From contig NC_083243.1 of assembly GCF_032191835.1 (NCBI RefSeq), forward strand, positions 54,808,001-54,872,000: a stretch of 64,000 nucleotides of DNA, given 5' to 3'. The position numbers and the translations under genes were made by a program. Shown piece by piece: positions 12,700-25,640 of this stretch (positions within the stretch are counted from its first letter, which is position 1; each line of letters begins with the position of its first letter). A model generated the notes under the pieces. That model saw only the letters and a program-made list of their open reading frames with translations. It was not told where the DNA came from and did not search any database. Origin of the DNA: Heteronotia binoei (taxonomy: Eukaryota).

Positions 12700-12898
12700 T
12701 TGGGAGAGTGCCCAGAAAGTGACATCACATGAGGAGGCGGGGTTTTGGTGCTGGAAGTGACATCATTGGAATGGGTGGAAGTGACATCACTTGACCTTTG
12801 ACCTGAAAATGACATCACAGGAAATGACACCACAAAAGTCTCCTGGCTCCACCCCCAAAGTCCCCAGATATTTCCTGAGTTGGACTTGGCAACCCTAG
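12700..12898. mobile_element. TAGGGTTGCC-family MITE end with five (G/A)TGACA(T/C)CA repeats
   Basis: Ends GGACTTGGCAACCCTA; motif at about 12719, 12758, 12781, 12809 and 12825. Confidence 0.7.
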
Positions 12899-13740
12899 TT
12901 CAGGAGCTGTGCTCCTGTGAGCTCCCACTGAATCTGAGGCCTGGTTCTAACTGTATATATTTGTTCACTACCAGTGTGTAGTTTGTGACTGCTCCTCAGT
13001 AAATGCATTCTAGCTTACAAAGAGCTGACTGAGCCCACCATATAATAATAACCTTTTGTAATTATTATGACACTATTTCTTTTTATTCAGATATACCTGA
13101 GGCAAAATGGTTAGATTTTGGGGTAGATTTTCAGCTCTGGTGTATCTGGATGCACACCCCTAATTGGGATTTCATATTTGATTTTGGTTGGAAATAGGAT
13201 GAGGCTGTCTTACCATGTCTCTTTATTTAAGATAAGAATAGGTAAATAATGAGGCCTTAATGGGGTCCAAATGAGTTAAACCTATTTTCTTAACATAAGT
13301 ATACAAATTAAAAGGTAAAGTGCTGGGATTGTTTTGCTTGGCAGTGCAGAACAACATGATCTTCTGACATGGGTCAGCTAAAAATTATCTTTAGAATAAG
13401 CACCTTCAGTTAGTAGAAGGTATTTCACCAGAGGGCACTATCTTTCCAGTATATTGTACAAACTGCAAGTTTTGTCTGGAAAAGGTAATTTAACTTCACA
13501 GAAATATTTGAAGTTGACTATGTATAGCAACAGGAATTTGAAATCTCTTAATCTCTTGATCTAAATTCTCATTACCGCTTATGTTTATTTTTAAAGAATA
13601 TTTTATCTAAATAGTTTCTGAATATTATCATATATCTATGTGTCTGTTTCTGAAGTGTGATTTCCACCTGCGGATATCTAAATCAATGGATTGGGGCCAC
13701 ACTGACACTAAAGAGATTTTCCTGCAAACTTGGGGGAGCC

Positions 13741-14247
13741 TAGGGTTGCCAAGTCCAGTTCAAGAAATATCTGGGGACTTTGGGGGTGCAGCCAGGAGAC
13801 ATTAGGGGTGGAGCCAAGATCAAGGCTGTGACAAGCATAATTGAACTCCAAGGGAGTTCTGGCCATCACATTTAAAGGGACGGCACACCTTTTCAATGCC
13901 TTCCTTCCATAGGAAATAATGAAGGATAGGGACACCTTCTTTTGGGGCTCATAGAATTGGGCCCCCTGGTCCAATCTTTTTGAAACTTGGGGGGTATTTT
14001 GGGGAGAGGCACTAGATGCTATACTGAAAATTTGGTGCCTCTACCCCAAACAACAGCCCCCCCAGAGCCCCAGATACCCGCGGATCAATTCTCCACGATT
14101 TTCTATGGGAATAAATCTCCATAGGGAATAACAGAGTTCCCAGCAGACATTTCCCTCCCCTCCCCCTGCTTTCTGACGACCCTGAAGCGGGGGGAGGACC
14201 TCCAAACCAGGGGATCCCCTGCCCCCACCTGGGGATTGGCAACCCTA
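13741..14247. mobile_element. hAT MITE (TAGGGTTGCCAA TIR)
   Basis: TIRs plus perfect 8-bp TSD GGGGAGCC (13733-13740 / 14248-14255). Confidence 0.95.
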
Positions 14248-14451
14248 GGGGAGCCCCCCCTGGTTTGCAGAAAAGTCTGATATCATTAAAAATACACTGA
14301 GGAGTTCAAATTACACCCCCTCCCCCTGATAAATTATTGGCAGCGGTCATTAGTGGCAGCAGCAGAACCCAGGAGCTGTGTTGGGCCTGGCAAGAAAGTG
14401 TGGTGGGAAGATGGGATTCCCTCCACAAGTCCAGGTCCACTTGTATACACT

Positions 14452-14609
14452 CAGGCCTCGGATTCAGTGGGAGCTCATGGGAGCACAGCTCCTGAACCTT
14501 TCTGAGAGTTCCACCTCCTCCTTCCCATCTGTCCATTGAATAGTAGGTGCAGCTGTATAACAATTCCTGGATGAGCTCCACCACTTTTCCCCCTACAAAA
14601 CAACCCCTG
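14452..14609. mobile_element. hAT MITE (CAGG TIR family, short form)
   Basis: TSD TATACACT/TATAAACT (7/8); homologous to 58931-59100 and to the ends of 19743-20208. Confidence 0.85.
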
Positions 14610-15038
14610 TATAAACTTATGGACAACTTGGCCAAATCTGAGGATACTTAAATTTGGCAATTCAAGCCATGAACAGACAAGACAAACCTTTCTACAAACC
14701 TGAAAACTATCCCATGCTTGCAGAAAAATCTAATATTAAAAAGGGGGGGGGGGGTTAAACCCCAAAATGATAAAAGGAGTGCCTGAAGCTTTAAGAAATG
14801 CCTTCAGTGGCCATTGCTAGACAACTACAGCAATCAAGGCTTTGTTTCTGTTAGTAAAGGGCAAGGGCGGGGTGCAGGGCCCTTTCCAAGTCTGTTTTTG
14901 GCCTTTGAGGGAGGTCTCATAAAGGCCTGGCAGTAGCCACTGGGTGACTTGCTACTACTCAACTTACCTAGGCCTGACTGCTTGTGACTGTTCAGCAGCA
15001 ACTACCCTATGAAAACCAGTGTGGTACAGGAATTAGAG

Positions 15039-15632
15039 CAGGGGTGTCGAACATGCAGCCCGGGGACTGAATCAGGCCCCTGGAGGGCTCCTATCAGGCC
15101 CTTGAGCAGCTGTCTGTCATCTGCTTCCTTCTCCCTCTCTCTTGCTTCCTTCTGCATCACAGCTTGCTTTACCAAGCTTGCTCAATTGCACAAAAGCTAC
15201 ACAGCAAAGCCTCTACTTTCTCCATTGGCTGGGGCTTCTCCCTTGGGGAAGACGGGGGAGGGGGATGGACAGCTTGCTTTGCCAGGCTCTCTCAATTGCA
15301 CAGCAGAACTACTGAGCCAAGCTTCTCTTCCTTCTATTGGCTGAGGCTCCTCCCCCTCCTGGTCCCCTGGGGAAGGAAGGAGCCAGAGCTTTCTTTGCCC
15401 AGTTCCCAGGATCCCATGGGAGAGATACAAAGAAAGCACCTTTAAGACCAATGAGTGTTTCTGTTTTAAACATGTTTTAAGTTTTTTTTTTAATCTTTAA
15501 TTGTGTTTGTGTTTTTATAAAGTTTATATTTATGCTACCTGGCCTTACATATTATGACACACATGGCCTGGCCTGACAAGGTCTCATTTGTGTCAGATCC
15601 ATCCCTCATAACAAATGAGATCGACACCCCTG
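15039..15632. mobile_element. hAT (Charlie-like) MITE inserted into a tRNA SINE (SINE pieces ~15014-15038 and 15641-15745)
   Basis: TIR CAGGGGTGTCGA/TCGACACCCCTG; TSD AATTAGAG/AGTTAGAG (7/8); SINE head before it and SINE body after it. Confidence 0.85.
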
Positions 15633-17230
15633 AGTTAGAGTTTCAGAGTAGGGTCTGGGAGACCCAGGTTTGAATCATCAGCCTGCCATGGAAGCTCACC
15701 AGGTGATGTTGGGACACTCACATACTTTCAGCCTAACCTACTGAAGATAGAGGGAGAGATGTAGGTTCATTGGTGGACAGGAAGGAGAGAAGGAATTAGA
15801 AAAAAGGGAGGGGCTAATGGGAGCTTTCAGGTCAGGGAAAAGGGAAATAGTGGGGGAAGGAGAAATTAGATGCTCACCTTGTTCATTCTCACTGGTAAAC
15901 AACAAAACAAAAGAATGGCCATGCAAATAAAACTGGCCGAAAATTAAACAGGCAAATGTCTTTTCTATGGAAATTTGCTATTTAGAGGATAGAAAACAGC
16001 TGAAATGGAATTTTGCCTGAGGAGTCCACACATGCCTTGTCAGAACATCTCAGGTGTTCAGCATTAATGAAGTTCTTACCAGCTGTCTTTTCCTGTTCCT
16101 AGAATGTTCCCATAAAGTGAATCCCTTGAAGACAGTTATCACACCCACAGTAGGAAACTATTTATTGGAATAGTTAGGCTTGCTACAGATACTTCTGCTC
16201 TAATAATCTACTTTGCTTTACAGGGTGGCTGAATTCAGTAAGAGAGGGACTGATTAGAGAATGAAAGGAACAAGGATGTGATGAAAACAATTTCTGTATA
16301 ATTGAAATGTCACAGTATGTTAGGCAGGGACAAAGCAAGGTATCAGTTTCATTCTGAGTGCTTCTAAAGAAGAAAAATTACAACAATAATTTCTGACCCC
16401 ATTGAAAACTAATTAAACTTTAGGTATAGACCTGTTTTATAATACATAACATGTGAGTGCTGGAAAATGTCTTCAAAATAACAGTGACATGAAGGAAGAA
16501 ATATGGATAAGGAATGTGGATGTAACAATGGCTAGGCAGAAGTAGATAAGGAATGAGACTGCTTCCATTTCAAATCCTGCCTCCTTGTTGTCTTCCTCTG
16601 TCTTACAGTGTCTTAGTAACAGTCTCTATTTGGGGCCTTTTGCAAATCTGCTGTTCTTGGGGAAAATGGCTGGGCAGGTATTGCATATCACCTCTGGGTG
16701 TTTTTGGCTCCAGAAGAGACATTGTGATGAAAATTGCCTTGTTTGTTCCAGCTGATGATATATATCAGGGGAATGGGATTCTGTTGAAGACCCATAGTTG
16801 TGATTTTTATAGTGAGGGGCATAAGGATATCTGAGGGGGTGGGGTCTGTCATTTGAAACATCTCCCTCTTAAGTCTAACTTGCATGACGTGCCAGGTACC
16901 CAATTGTTTATGTAGACCCCACATTCTAGGGCAGGGGTGGCCAAACTTGCTTAATGTAAGAGCCACATAGAATAAATATCATATATTTGAGAGCTGCAAA
17001 ACATGAACAAATATTACACACACATCTTTATTAAAACTCTGTATGCTTTCTTTGCACAGAAAGATAAAATACATATGTATGCACTTTACAGCATGACCAT
17101 GCTAGAAGGATTTTTTTTTTTTTTAAAAAAAACAAAAGCTGGGAATAACAGTCCTCATAAGAAAGATAAGAGAATTATTTTTTGGCACCAGTGGAAGAAA
17201 GAAACACACATCTAACATATGACTCACTGA

Positions 17231-18184
17231 TAGGGTTGCCAAGTCCAATTCAAGAAATATCTGGGGACTTTGGGGGTGGAGCCAGGAGACTTTGGGGGTG
17301 GAGCCAGGAGACATTGGGGCGGAGCCAAGAACAAGGGTGTGACAAGCATAATTGAACTCCAAGAGAGTTCTGGCCATCACATTTAAAGGGACAGCACACT
17401 TTTTAAAATGTCTTCCTTCTATAGGAAATAACAAAGAATAGGGGCACCTTCTTTTGGGGCTCATAGAATTGGACCCCCTGGTCCAATCGTTTTGAAACTT
17501 GGAGGGTACTTTGGGGAGAGGCACTAGATACTATATTGAAAATTTGGTGCCTCTACCTCAAAAAACAGCTCCCCCAGAGCCCCCAAAACCTCCAGATTAA
17601 TTCCCCATTATACCCTATGAGAATTGATCTCCACTTAGGGAATAATGAAGACGTTTCCCTCTCCTCCTCCCTCCCCCCCCCCCTTTCTGGCAACTGAAGC
17701 GAGGGACTGGCCTTTCTACTCACGAGTTGCTGCCAGCTTCTTTACAGCAGCAGTCACACCATCCCAAAGTGGAGCCTTGCAATCAAGCCTCCGGAGGTGC
17801 AAAGGCACATGGTCCTTTGCAGGCGGGGCTTCTCTCCTCCCCCCCCCCCCCAGCCAGCTGACTGGGCGCGGGAAGCAGCTTGCGAAAAGGAAGAACGGCT
17901 GCTGCAACGGGGCTGGGTGGGAAGGGAAGGGAGGAGGAGAAGCATCGGGCATTGGAGTCCGTCAAGACCCGCCTGCGTTCGGCAGCCACCTCCACCCGCT
18001 CGCTGGCGAGCCAGCCTCCCTTCTCAAGATTCCCTTGCCAGGCTCAGCACCTCCTCCCCGGACGACGCAAATGCTCCTTGGCGCCATTCCCCCCTCCTCC
18101 CCCCGCTTCCAGAGTTATGGAAAGAGGGAAAAGAGGCTGAAAATCCAGTATTCTCCCGCCAGGGCGGGAGGCTTGGGAAGCCTA
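17231..18184. mobile_element. Long hAT MITE with GC-rich interior
   Basis: Ends TAGGGTTGCCAA and TTGGGAAGCCTA; perfect TSD CTCACTGA (17223-17230 / 18185-18192). Confidence 0.92.
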
Positions 18185-18526
18185 CTCACTGACCACCATT
18201 TGCATTCTTATGCATCTCTCTTTGCCTTGATGCCAAGGTTAACAAATACTGCTCCTATGAGGGCTATGAAACTAAGGGGGAATCCTGTGCAACCCTCTTT
18301 AATTCCATCCTTCCTTCCAGTGGTTCCCTCAGCTCTTGCAGTCTCTTTCCCCACTCTAGGTCTCTGAGCAACCTCTGTGGTGGAGAAGAAGAGCTTGCAA
18401 CCCTTCCTATTTCCCCCTCCTTCCCAGCTTCATACACGGTGGAAATAGTTGTCTACCAATGGGTCAGAGCTCAGAGGCTAATGAGGTCCTAGTGATAAGC
18501 ACGTTTCCTTGAGAGTAAGCCTGCAT

Positions 18527-18868
18527 TAGAGCTGCCAAGTTCCCGGGCTGGGTGGGAGTTTCCCTGCCCGGGAGGTTCCCAACCTGCCAGCCTGCATTGG
18601 GCTGGTGGGGGATGATCTCCTGATGTCACCTGTGCATCGTGCCAGTGACGTTGTGCACTGGCCGCTGTAGGAGCTTCTGAAAAAGCTTTATGGTTTTCCC
18701 GGATGCTCTAGCAATTTGGAAGGGGAAACTCTATGGTACAATAGCGGTTGCAAATTGCTAGATCATCTGGGAAAACCACAGAGTTTTCCTGGAAGCTTCT
18801 AAAGTGGCTGGCGCATGACATCGCTGGCACGATGACATCCAGAGGCTGCGGGGGACTTGGCAACCCTA
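18527..18868. mobile_element. hAT MITE
   Basis: TAGAGCTGCCAA...TTGGCAACCCTA; perfect TSD GCCTGCAT. Confidence 0.9.
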
Positions 18869-19121
18869 GCCTGCATTAAGTTCCTCCTTGACCTCCAGGA
18901 GACACACAATATGTGTGAAAGAGCTGCATGTGGCTCCTGAGCCACAGTTTGACCACCCCTGTTTTAGGGTCATTACTGACTGGCACTCATTAAAAACAGA
19001 GAAGTCACTTCTGTCCATTATTACATTTCAAGAAAAATGGCTAAAGAAAGACACCGTCATACAGATGAAATTGCTGAGGGAAGTCATTCAGGGTTTGCAG
19101 TTGGATAACATCAGCATGTAG

Positions 19122-19514
19122 TAGGGTTGCCAAGTCCCCCGCAGCCTCCAGCAGGGAACTTTTTCTGTGTGTGCAACGCATGCATCACGCTGGCAACGCT
19201 GTGCACCGATTGCTCTAGGTGTTTCCGGGAAAACTCCATGGTTTTCTCGGACACTCTAGCGATTTGGGAGGGAAAACTCTATGGCAGGTTTTCCCTCCCA
19301 AATCGCTAGAGCGTCCGGGAAAACGAGAGTTTTTCTGGAAACGCCTAAAGGGGCTGGTGTGCGGCAGTACCAGCGCAATGACATCACTTCCGGGTGATGT
19401 CATCATGCCAGCGATGTTGGGGGAGCTTCCCCCCACCAGCCCAATGTGGGCCAGCAGATTGGGAACCTCCAGGGTGGGAGAACCACTGTCCGGCCTGGGG
19501 GCTTGGCAGCCCTA
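19122..19514. mobile_element. hAT MITE, same family as 18527-18868, opposite orientation
   Basis: TAGGGTTGCCAA...TTGGCAGCCCTA; TSD GCATGTAG/GCATGTTG (7/8). Confidence 0.88.
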
Positions 19515-19742
19515 GCATGTTGATAGCACTCAGCTGCATTTTTCTGTTTTGCTCATGTCAAAAGTGGTAGAGTCCTCCAAAAAATACTGTCTCAGGCTGT
19601 TAGTAGACTGGATGGGAGTAAATAAATGAAAGCTTCATGCAGACAGGACAGATTGATTGTGATATTGGAGATATGCCTGTTGTGTCCTTAAGAAACAAAT
19701 TCATAGCTTGGGTAGTGCTCCTGGAACTATAATTGTTTCAGG

Positions 19743-20208
19743 CAGGGGTCGTTTTGTAGAAAAATAGGTGGTGGAGTTCATTAGCATAACTCGTTAGCAT
19801 ATGTCACCCCCCCCCACAGCCAAAAGCAACCTGATGCAAGAAAGGAGAGCCCTGGGCGGACGAAGCCTGCTTGGGCTGGCTAGAGATCCAGCCAGCCCAA
19901 GAAGGCCTTGGTCACTAGAGGCTCTCCTTGGCCACTCCCACTCCCAGTCAAAAGGCCAGCAAGCCACCCACTGCCCAAAATCACATAAGAAGTGGAGAAA
20001 GGGTGGTGTGGGCTTCTACAAGGGTTAATTTGGGCTGCTGGGGGTGTGGCAAAGCTCCTGGTGGCTGGCTGGCTGGCTGCCCGCTCTCCTTATCCAGGGA
20101 TTGTTTTGCAGCTGCACCTACTATTCAAAGGACAAGGTAGGGGGGTGGGGAGGAGGGGAGGCCACCAGAAAGGTTCAGGAGCTGTGCTCCTGTTGAATTC
20201 AAGACCTG
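19743..20208. mobile_element. hAT MITE (CAGG TIR family, long form)
   Basis: Same ends as 14452-14609 and 58931-59100 with ~300 bp extra interior; flanks GTTTCAGG/GCTTCAGA (6/8). Confidence 0.75.
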
Positions 20209-21278
20209 GCTTCAGAATTCCCAAGTGATGGATGTGACCAACAGCACATTCTTTCAGCTTTGACTGGTATATCAGCTGAATCCCTTTTTGAAGAATAAAG
20301 GCTTTGCTATTGTCTAGCAGGGTCTGGTGATTTGCTCACTTAAGGACTTCATGTGTGGCTGTCTTAGGAAACAATTCAGAAGCTTTATTTTGGCCCAGGA
20401 CATATAACTCTGGTCTGGTCTGTAAGAGCACTCTAAATTTTATTTAGTTACTGGCAGCATGAAAATGTTGGGCATTTGTACATGATATTGTACAATTTAT
20501 ACTCTGTTTTTCATTCCCGGAATGATATTTTAACTGGAATGATATTTTAAAAATAAGATTATTTTCTTACCCAGCCCTGCTAACTGTTTCCGCAAATCTG
20601 AATTCTACACTTCAAGGTGTAGCTGTCCTTTAACATGTCTTGTGGAGCTCTCAGTGGAATTCTTCCAATCCAGACTGGCTGTGCTTGCCCGATAAACACT
20701 GCCTGGAGTGATTAAAGGCCCAAAGTGAAATTTAAAGTGCTTTTCTGATTTATAAAGAACAACCACAAAAAGTCAATATTGCAATTTTTAAACAGAAAAC
20801 TTAGAAGACTAATATGGCTCTGATTCAGCAAAAGTTAACTGTGACTAAATCCCATTGAAAGAAATGGGGCTCAGACATAGCTATTTGTTTTCAGATTTTT
20901 TTTATCCAACCTTTCTTCCACAAAGTGGGATCCAGGGCAGCATAGATATCTCACATGACTGTGGTGTTTTGACAACTCTGTTCAGGCCATAGTTCACTCC
21001 AGGACTTGGTGTGGGCAGAACAGTGAGAAAGGAAGTTGCGCTCAGCTTAGTTCCAGACAAAGAAGTGGATCTGTTAAATTATGCTCCTTTTTGAAACCAT
21101 GCTGCCTTCTTAGTTTGACACCTAGCATCAAAAACACAACAATGGCATGTTGTGGGTGTTATAAGGTATAGTCCTTCCACCAGGCAGAAAAAGCAGAGCT
21201 GGTGGTCTCCCTCATCCCCAGCTGAACTTCTCTTATCTGTGGATGCAGTAAACTGCTGAGGTAAAAATTCAAGGAGGC

Positions 21279-21773
21279 TAGGGTTGCCAATCCCCAGGTG
21301 GGGCAGGGGATCCCCCGGTTTGGAGGTCCTCCCCCCGCTTCAGGGTCATCAGAAAGCGGGGGGAGGGGAGGGAAATGTCTGCTGGGAACTCTGTTATTCC
21401 CTATGGAGATGTATTCCCATAGAAAATCGTGGAGAATTGATCCGCGGGTATCTGGGGCTGTTGTTTGGGGTAGAGGCACCAAATTTTCAGTATAGCATCT
21501 AGTGCCTCTCCCCAAAATACCCCCCAAGTTTCAAAAAGATTGGACCGGGGGTCCAATTCTATGAGCCCCAAAAGAAGGTGCCCCTATCCTTCATTATTTC
21601 CTATGGAAGGAAGGAATTGAAAAGGTGTACTGTCCCTTTAAATGTGATGAGCAGAACTCCCTTTGGAGTTCAATTATGCTTGTCACAGCCTTGATCTTGG
21701 CTCCACCCCTAATGTCTCCTGGCTCCACCCCCAAAGTCCCCAGATATTTCTTGAATTGGACTTGGCAACCCTA
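21279..21773. mobile_element. hAT MITE (TAGGGTTGCCAA TIR)
   Basis: Perfect TSD AAGGAGGC; near-identical to 13741-14247 in reverse orientation. Confidence 0.95.
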
Positions 21774-23624
21774 AAGGAGGCTGAGGCTCAGCAGTTGGTT
21801 TCTCTTATCTTCTGGAACTAATTGTTGCAGTCCAAGCATTTCTAGTTTTATTTTTGAATACTTTATCAAACAGTTGAATTGTTTTAGCTGCAGCTGCAAT
21901 CCTAAGGAACTTGCTTGAAAACTAGTTCTATTCATTATTATACTCTTTTTTCATATTTTGCTGAATTCATTTAGCATCTATATCTGTAAACATTTGTTTC
22001 AGATCAGGAAGTACTTCTAGTTTGCACACTCGTTCATTAAATGTAACAGCTTGGTGACTGTTAGGGTGCTCTGTGTCCTATGTCTGCAAACTCACCTGCA
22101 CAGAATGTCAATCATCCCCAGATTGTTCTTGGCTAAACTTGCAGCTCATCAGCACCAGGCATACCCCAGGCTCCATCCATCCATCTCTCTCCCCATCTCC
22201 CAAATGACACCTGGAGGAGCCACCTATTAAATGACAGAAATATGTACAAGATAAACTCTAAGGACTAAGTCTACACTAAAAGTTCTAACTAGTAATAGAA
22301 GCTCTTTTCTTACTCATCAACTTTGATACTGACCTAGGCTCAAGTGAAACTGATTCACATAAGAATTAGGGCAAAGGCCTAGGCTCTTATTCCAGACTAC
22401 CAGTGTATAAAGCTAGTAGTTTATCTTTACTGGATGGTTATAAATCACACACATATCTAAAAATATATTACTTATTGTCTTACATGTTACTGAATAGAGA
22501 GAAGTTATAAGAACTGACAGATTTGTGTAGTTTGGCCATTTTTTCTAAAGATCTTTCTACTTGTTTCCTTCTTCCTTTATTCTTATATATGTTATGATGA
22601 GATTTAGACTTAAAAAAACCACGGAAGATGTGAAACACCTTAGTTTTTGTTACTCAGGTGTTTCTACTTCTGTATCTTAATCTAAAATTATAGTGTACAT
22701 CTTAAATGATGCACTATTTTTATACTAATGTTTGTGACACCTCAAACATAAAACAGAATAATCAATTTCTTTTTCTGCTGTTTCAATTATTTCAATGTAT
22801 TTTAATTATTTCCCTATTCATGGGTTATACATATATTTTTCTTTGAACTCAACAGTACTCTAAAGAATAGATTCATAACCTCAGATATTTTTAGCATTTG
22901 CAGCTTTATTCCTCTGGGAACAAAGTGCATAGGTGTCAAAGATTAGGCATGCTATCAAGTGAAATTGATTCTGTTTGATTTGCTATCTAGTTTTCCCCCT
23001 GTGTCACTCAAGGGCAACTGAATTAATTTATGACCAAGCAATGAGGACTGACTTTTAGACTGGTGAAAAGGGCATTTGACATATTCCCCCCTCATTTCAT
23101 TCCTTCTCTGAGGAGTCCAAGACCCAATGTAGCTAATGAAGAATACTGGAAGGTAGTGACAAGCTTTAATACCGCTCACTTTCTTGTCATATGAGAAGGA
23201 GGGTATCTAATACCACTGGGAAATAACTGACATCTCTGTGTAATTATACCCTTCTCCTGCAGGACACGAAACATCCCATTTTTGTTTCTTTCAATATCTT
23301 TCAATAAGAGGCTTAAATAGTTAGCAAGAAACTGAACAGGCTTGTTATTCTTTTGAAATACAGAGGTTAATATTCTATTGTACTCATTTGTGACTTGGTT
23401 ATTCTACAGTGGCAAGAACATTCATTCTTAATTCAAAGCTCTTTCAGTAACGTACAATATTTCTGAGCCTATTGTGAAGCCTCGAGAGCCAAGGAGATTG
23501 GTTTTATGGGTTTTGTATCTATTATAATTCCTATTATAATCAGAGAGAACAAATGAATTTGGAATAACAGTTAACCTTAAGTTAAACACATATTTAAAAC
23601 TATTTAAATTATTTTGCAAAATAT

Positions 23625-24948
23625 TGTGAGGAAAAACCCCTTACAGAACATCGTAGTCACCAACTTGGTTGCCAGAGCACCTGGAGAAGTAACTCACAGG
23701 TGTGAGAGTGTGAGTGAACCTATCTAGGGGCGAAAGGAACTTATGCAGTACTAGCAGCCATAATGCTACGAAGGCACTCAAGACCGGTACAAGAGTGCCC
23801 ACCAGGAGAACAGCCCGCCGTTCTGTATGACGTCCATCTTGGCCGTGGAGCGGAGGAGACTGCACCGCCAGGAGCTATCCAGGTGAACGGTTTTGAAGCA
23901 CTGACCATGGAATCCACTGTGGAGGGCTAACACCACATGCAGCCATCTTCCTACCAGGCCAGACTCCATTTCAACAAAGCGCACGGTTCATGTACTTGCC
24001 AGACATCACCTGTAACTGCAGGCAATCTACCCACCCCAGGTGTGGATAATTATCCAACTGCCACTGTCTTTGTTCAGCGAAACCTTGGACAAAACACTGG
24101 TGACCACAGAAGATTGAAGAAGAGGAAGAACATCTTCACCCAGAGCCAAGTGGCTTTTTACCGACTGGGTGTTACCTTAGATAACAATTTGGCCATCTAT
24201 TGTCACCCTCTTAGATAAGTGTGATAAACTCAAGCACACCTCCACCCAGTGATTTCCCCCATTCTCCTCTGTACTGTCACCCTGGATCATCCCCACCCTG
24301 GTCCATTTCAACCTGAAAGTTCACTCAAGTAACCAGGATCCAAGCCTGTTCATTGGTCAGTTAGGGGCATCCAATTAGGTGCCATCAATGAACTTTCTAT
24401 TGGCTATCGCAGTAGTCCAGCCCTTATGGTCACTGCAAAGCCTCCCCTTTTTGGGAGGTCATGCATCAGCTGACCACCTTCCTCCTACCTCTCATCCCCT
24501 AAGGGCTCAAGATAGTCCTTATAACCTGTGGACTAGCTACCCACAGGTGTGCTTCTAACAGTATCCCAATTCTGCTGTCTAGATCCATCCCTGATTCTAA
24601 GGCCAAGTTTCGGGTCCCCTCTCCCATTTCCTTGCTCGTCACCATTGGAGCCTTCCATGAAGACTACGATCGGTAAATATTACCCTGTTCGTCTACCCAT
24701 GTGTTTCTCTATCTCTCTCTCTATTTTTCTTAGGACTGTATGTATGATTTTATGAGAATTTTATCATGTATGGAAGCCTATATTTTTCTGGAATAAATTT
24801 TAATTGTTTTACTTAATTAGAGTCCCTAATATTTGTAAGCATTAATTTCTGGACGTGGAATCCTGTATACACAGGTAAAAGATCCTGATTAAGCCAGGTG
24901 CCCACCTGACAATTCCCCAACCTCGTTTTGAGGGCATTTTGGCTTACA
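23625..24948 (+). mobile_element. Solo LTR, 1324 bp (Gypsy- or ERV1-type)
   Basis: TGTGAG...CTTACA termini; 4-bp TSD ATAT (23621-23624 / 24949-24952); CCAAT/ATTGG cluster at 24350-24405, TATA-like CTTATAA ~24519, AATAAA 24792-24797. Confidence 0.75.
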
Positions 24949-24975
24949 ATATCCAGGAAATTCTGTAAGTGTTGC

Positions 24976-25387
24976 TAGGGTTTCCAACTGCTAGGTGGTG
25001 GCTGGAGATCTCCAACTATTACAACTGATCTCCACTTAGAATCATAGAATCATAGAGTTGGAAGGGGCCTCCAGAGTCATCTAGTCCAACCCCCTGCACA
25101 ATGCAGGAAACTCACAAACACCTCCCCCTAAATTCACAGGATCTTCATTGCTGTCAGATGGCCATCTAGCCTCTGTTTAAAAACCTCGAAGGAAGAAGAG
25201 CCCACCACCTCCCGAGGAAGCCTGTTCCACTGAGGAATCGCTCTAACTTGACAGATATCAGTTCACCTGGAGAAAATGGCTGCTTAAATGGATTCTATGG
25301 CAAGTCTCTCCCCTCTCAAACTCCACTCTTCTCAGGCTCCACCCACAAAATCTCCAGGTGTTTCCCAACCCAGAGCTGGCAACCCTA
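24976..25387. mobile_element. TAGGGTT(G/T)CCA-family MITE interrupted by a CR1 3' fragment
   Basis: TIR-like ends at 24976 and 25387; related degenerate copies at 38939-39132, ~49430-49649, 54781-54979 and ~55864-56250. Confidence 0.7.
25037..25247 (-). mobile_element. CR1 3' end
   Basis: TAGAATCATAGAATCATAG, the reverse complement of a (CTATGATT)n CR1 tail, followed by the CR1 terminal hairpin region. Confidence 0.85.
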
Positions 25388-25438
25388 TACTTGGCCCATC
25401 TCCTTGATCTGAAATGAAAAACATTGGTGTACTCTATT

Positions 25439-25640
25439 AAGAACATAAGAGAAGCCATGTTGGATCAGGCCAATGGCCCATCCAGTCCAACACTCTGTGT
25501 CACACAGTGGCCAAAAAACCCAGGTGCCACCAGGAGGTCCATCAGTGGGACCAGGACACTAGAAGCACTAACACTATTGCCCCTCCCAAGCACCAAGAAT
25601 ACAGAGCATCACTTGCCCCAGACAAAAAAATCCAACAATA
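25439..25640 (-). mobile_element. CR1 3' end (second subfamily)
   Basis: First ~75 bp nearly identical to the 3' end at 6315-6390, then different upstream UTR. Confidence 0.85.

Noticed and set aside
17645-18367. 240-aa ORF (and similar 28080-28817, 51374-51841, 29613-30087) as proteins
   Set aside because: They lie in GC-rich MITE interiors or low-complexity DNA, are open in several frames at once and show no domain motifs.
23641-24218. Integrase or other protein remnant in the 5' part of the LTR
   Set aside because: No frame gives a convincing motif; QVNG alone is too weak.
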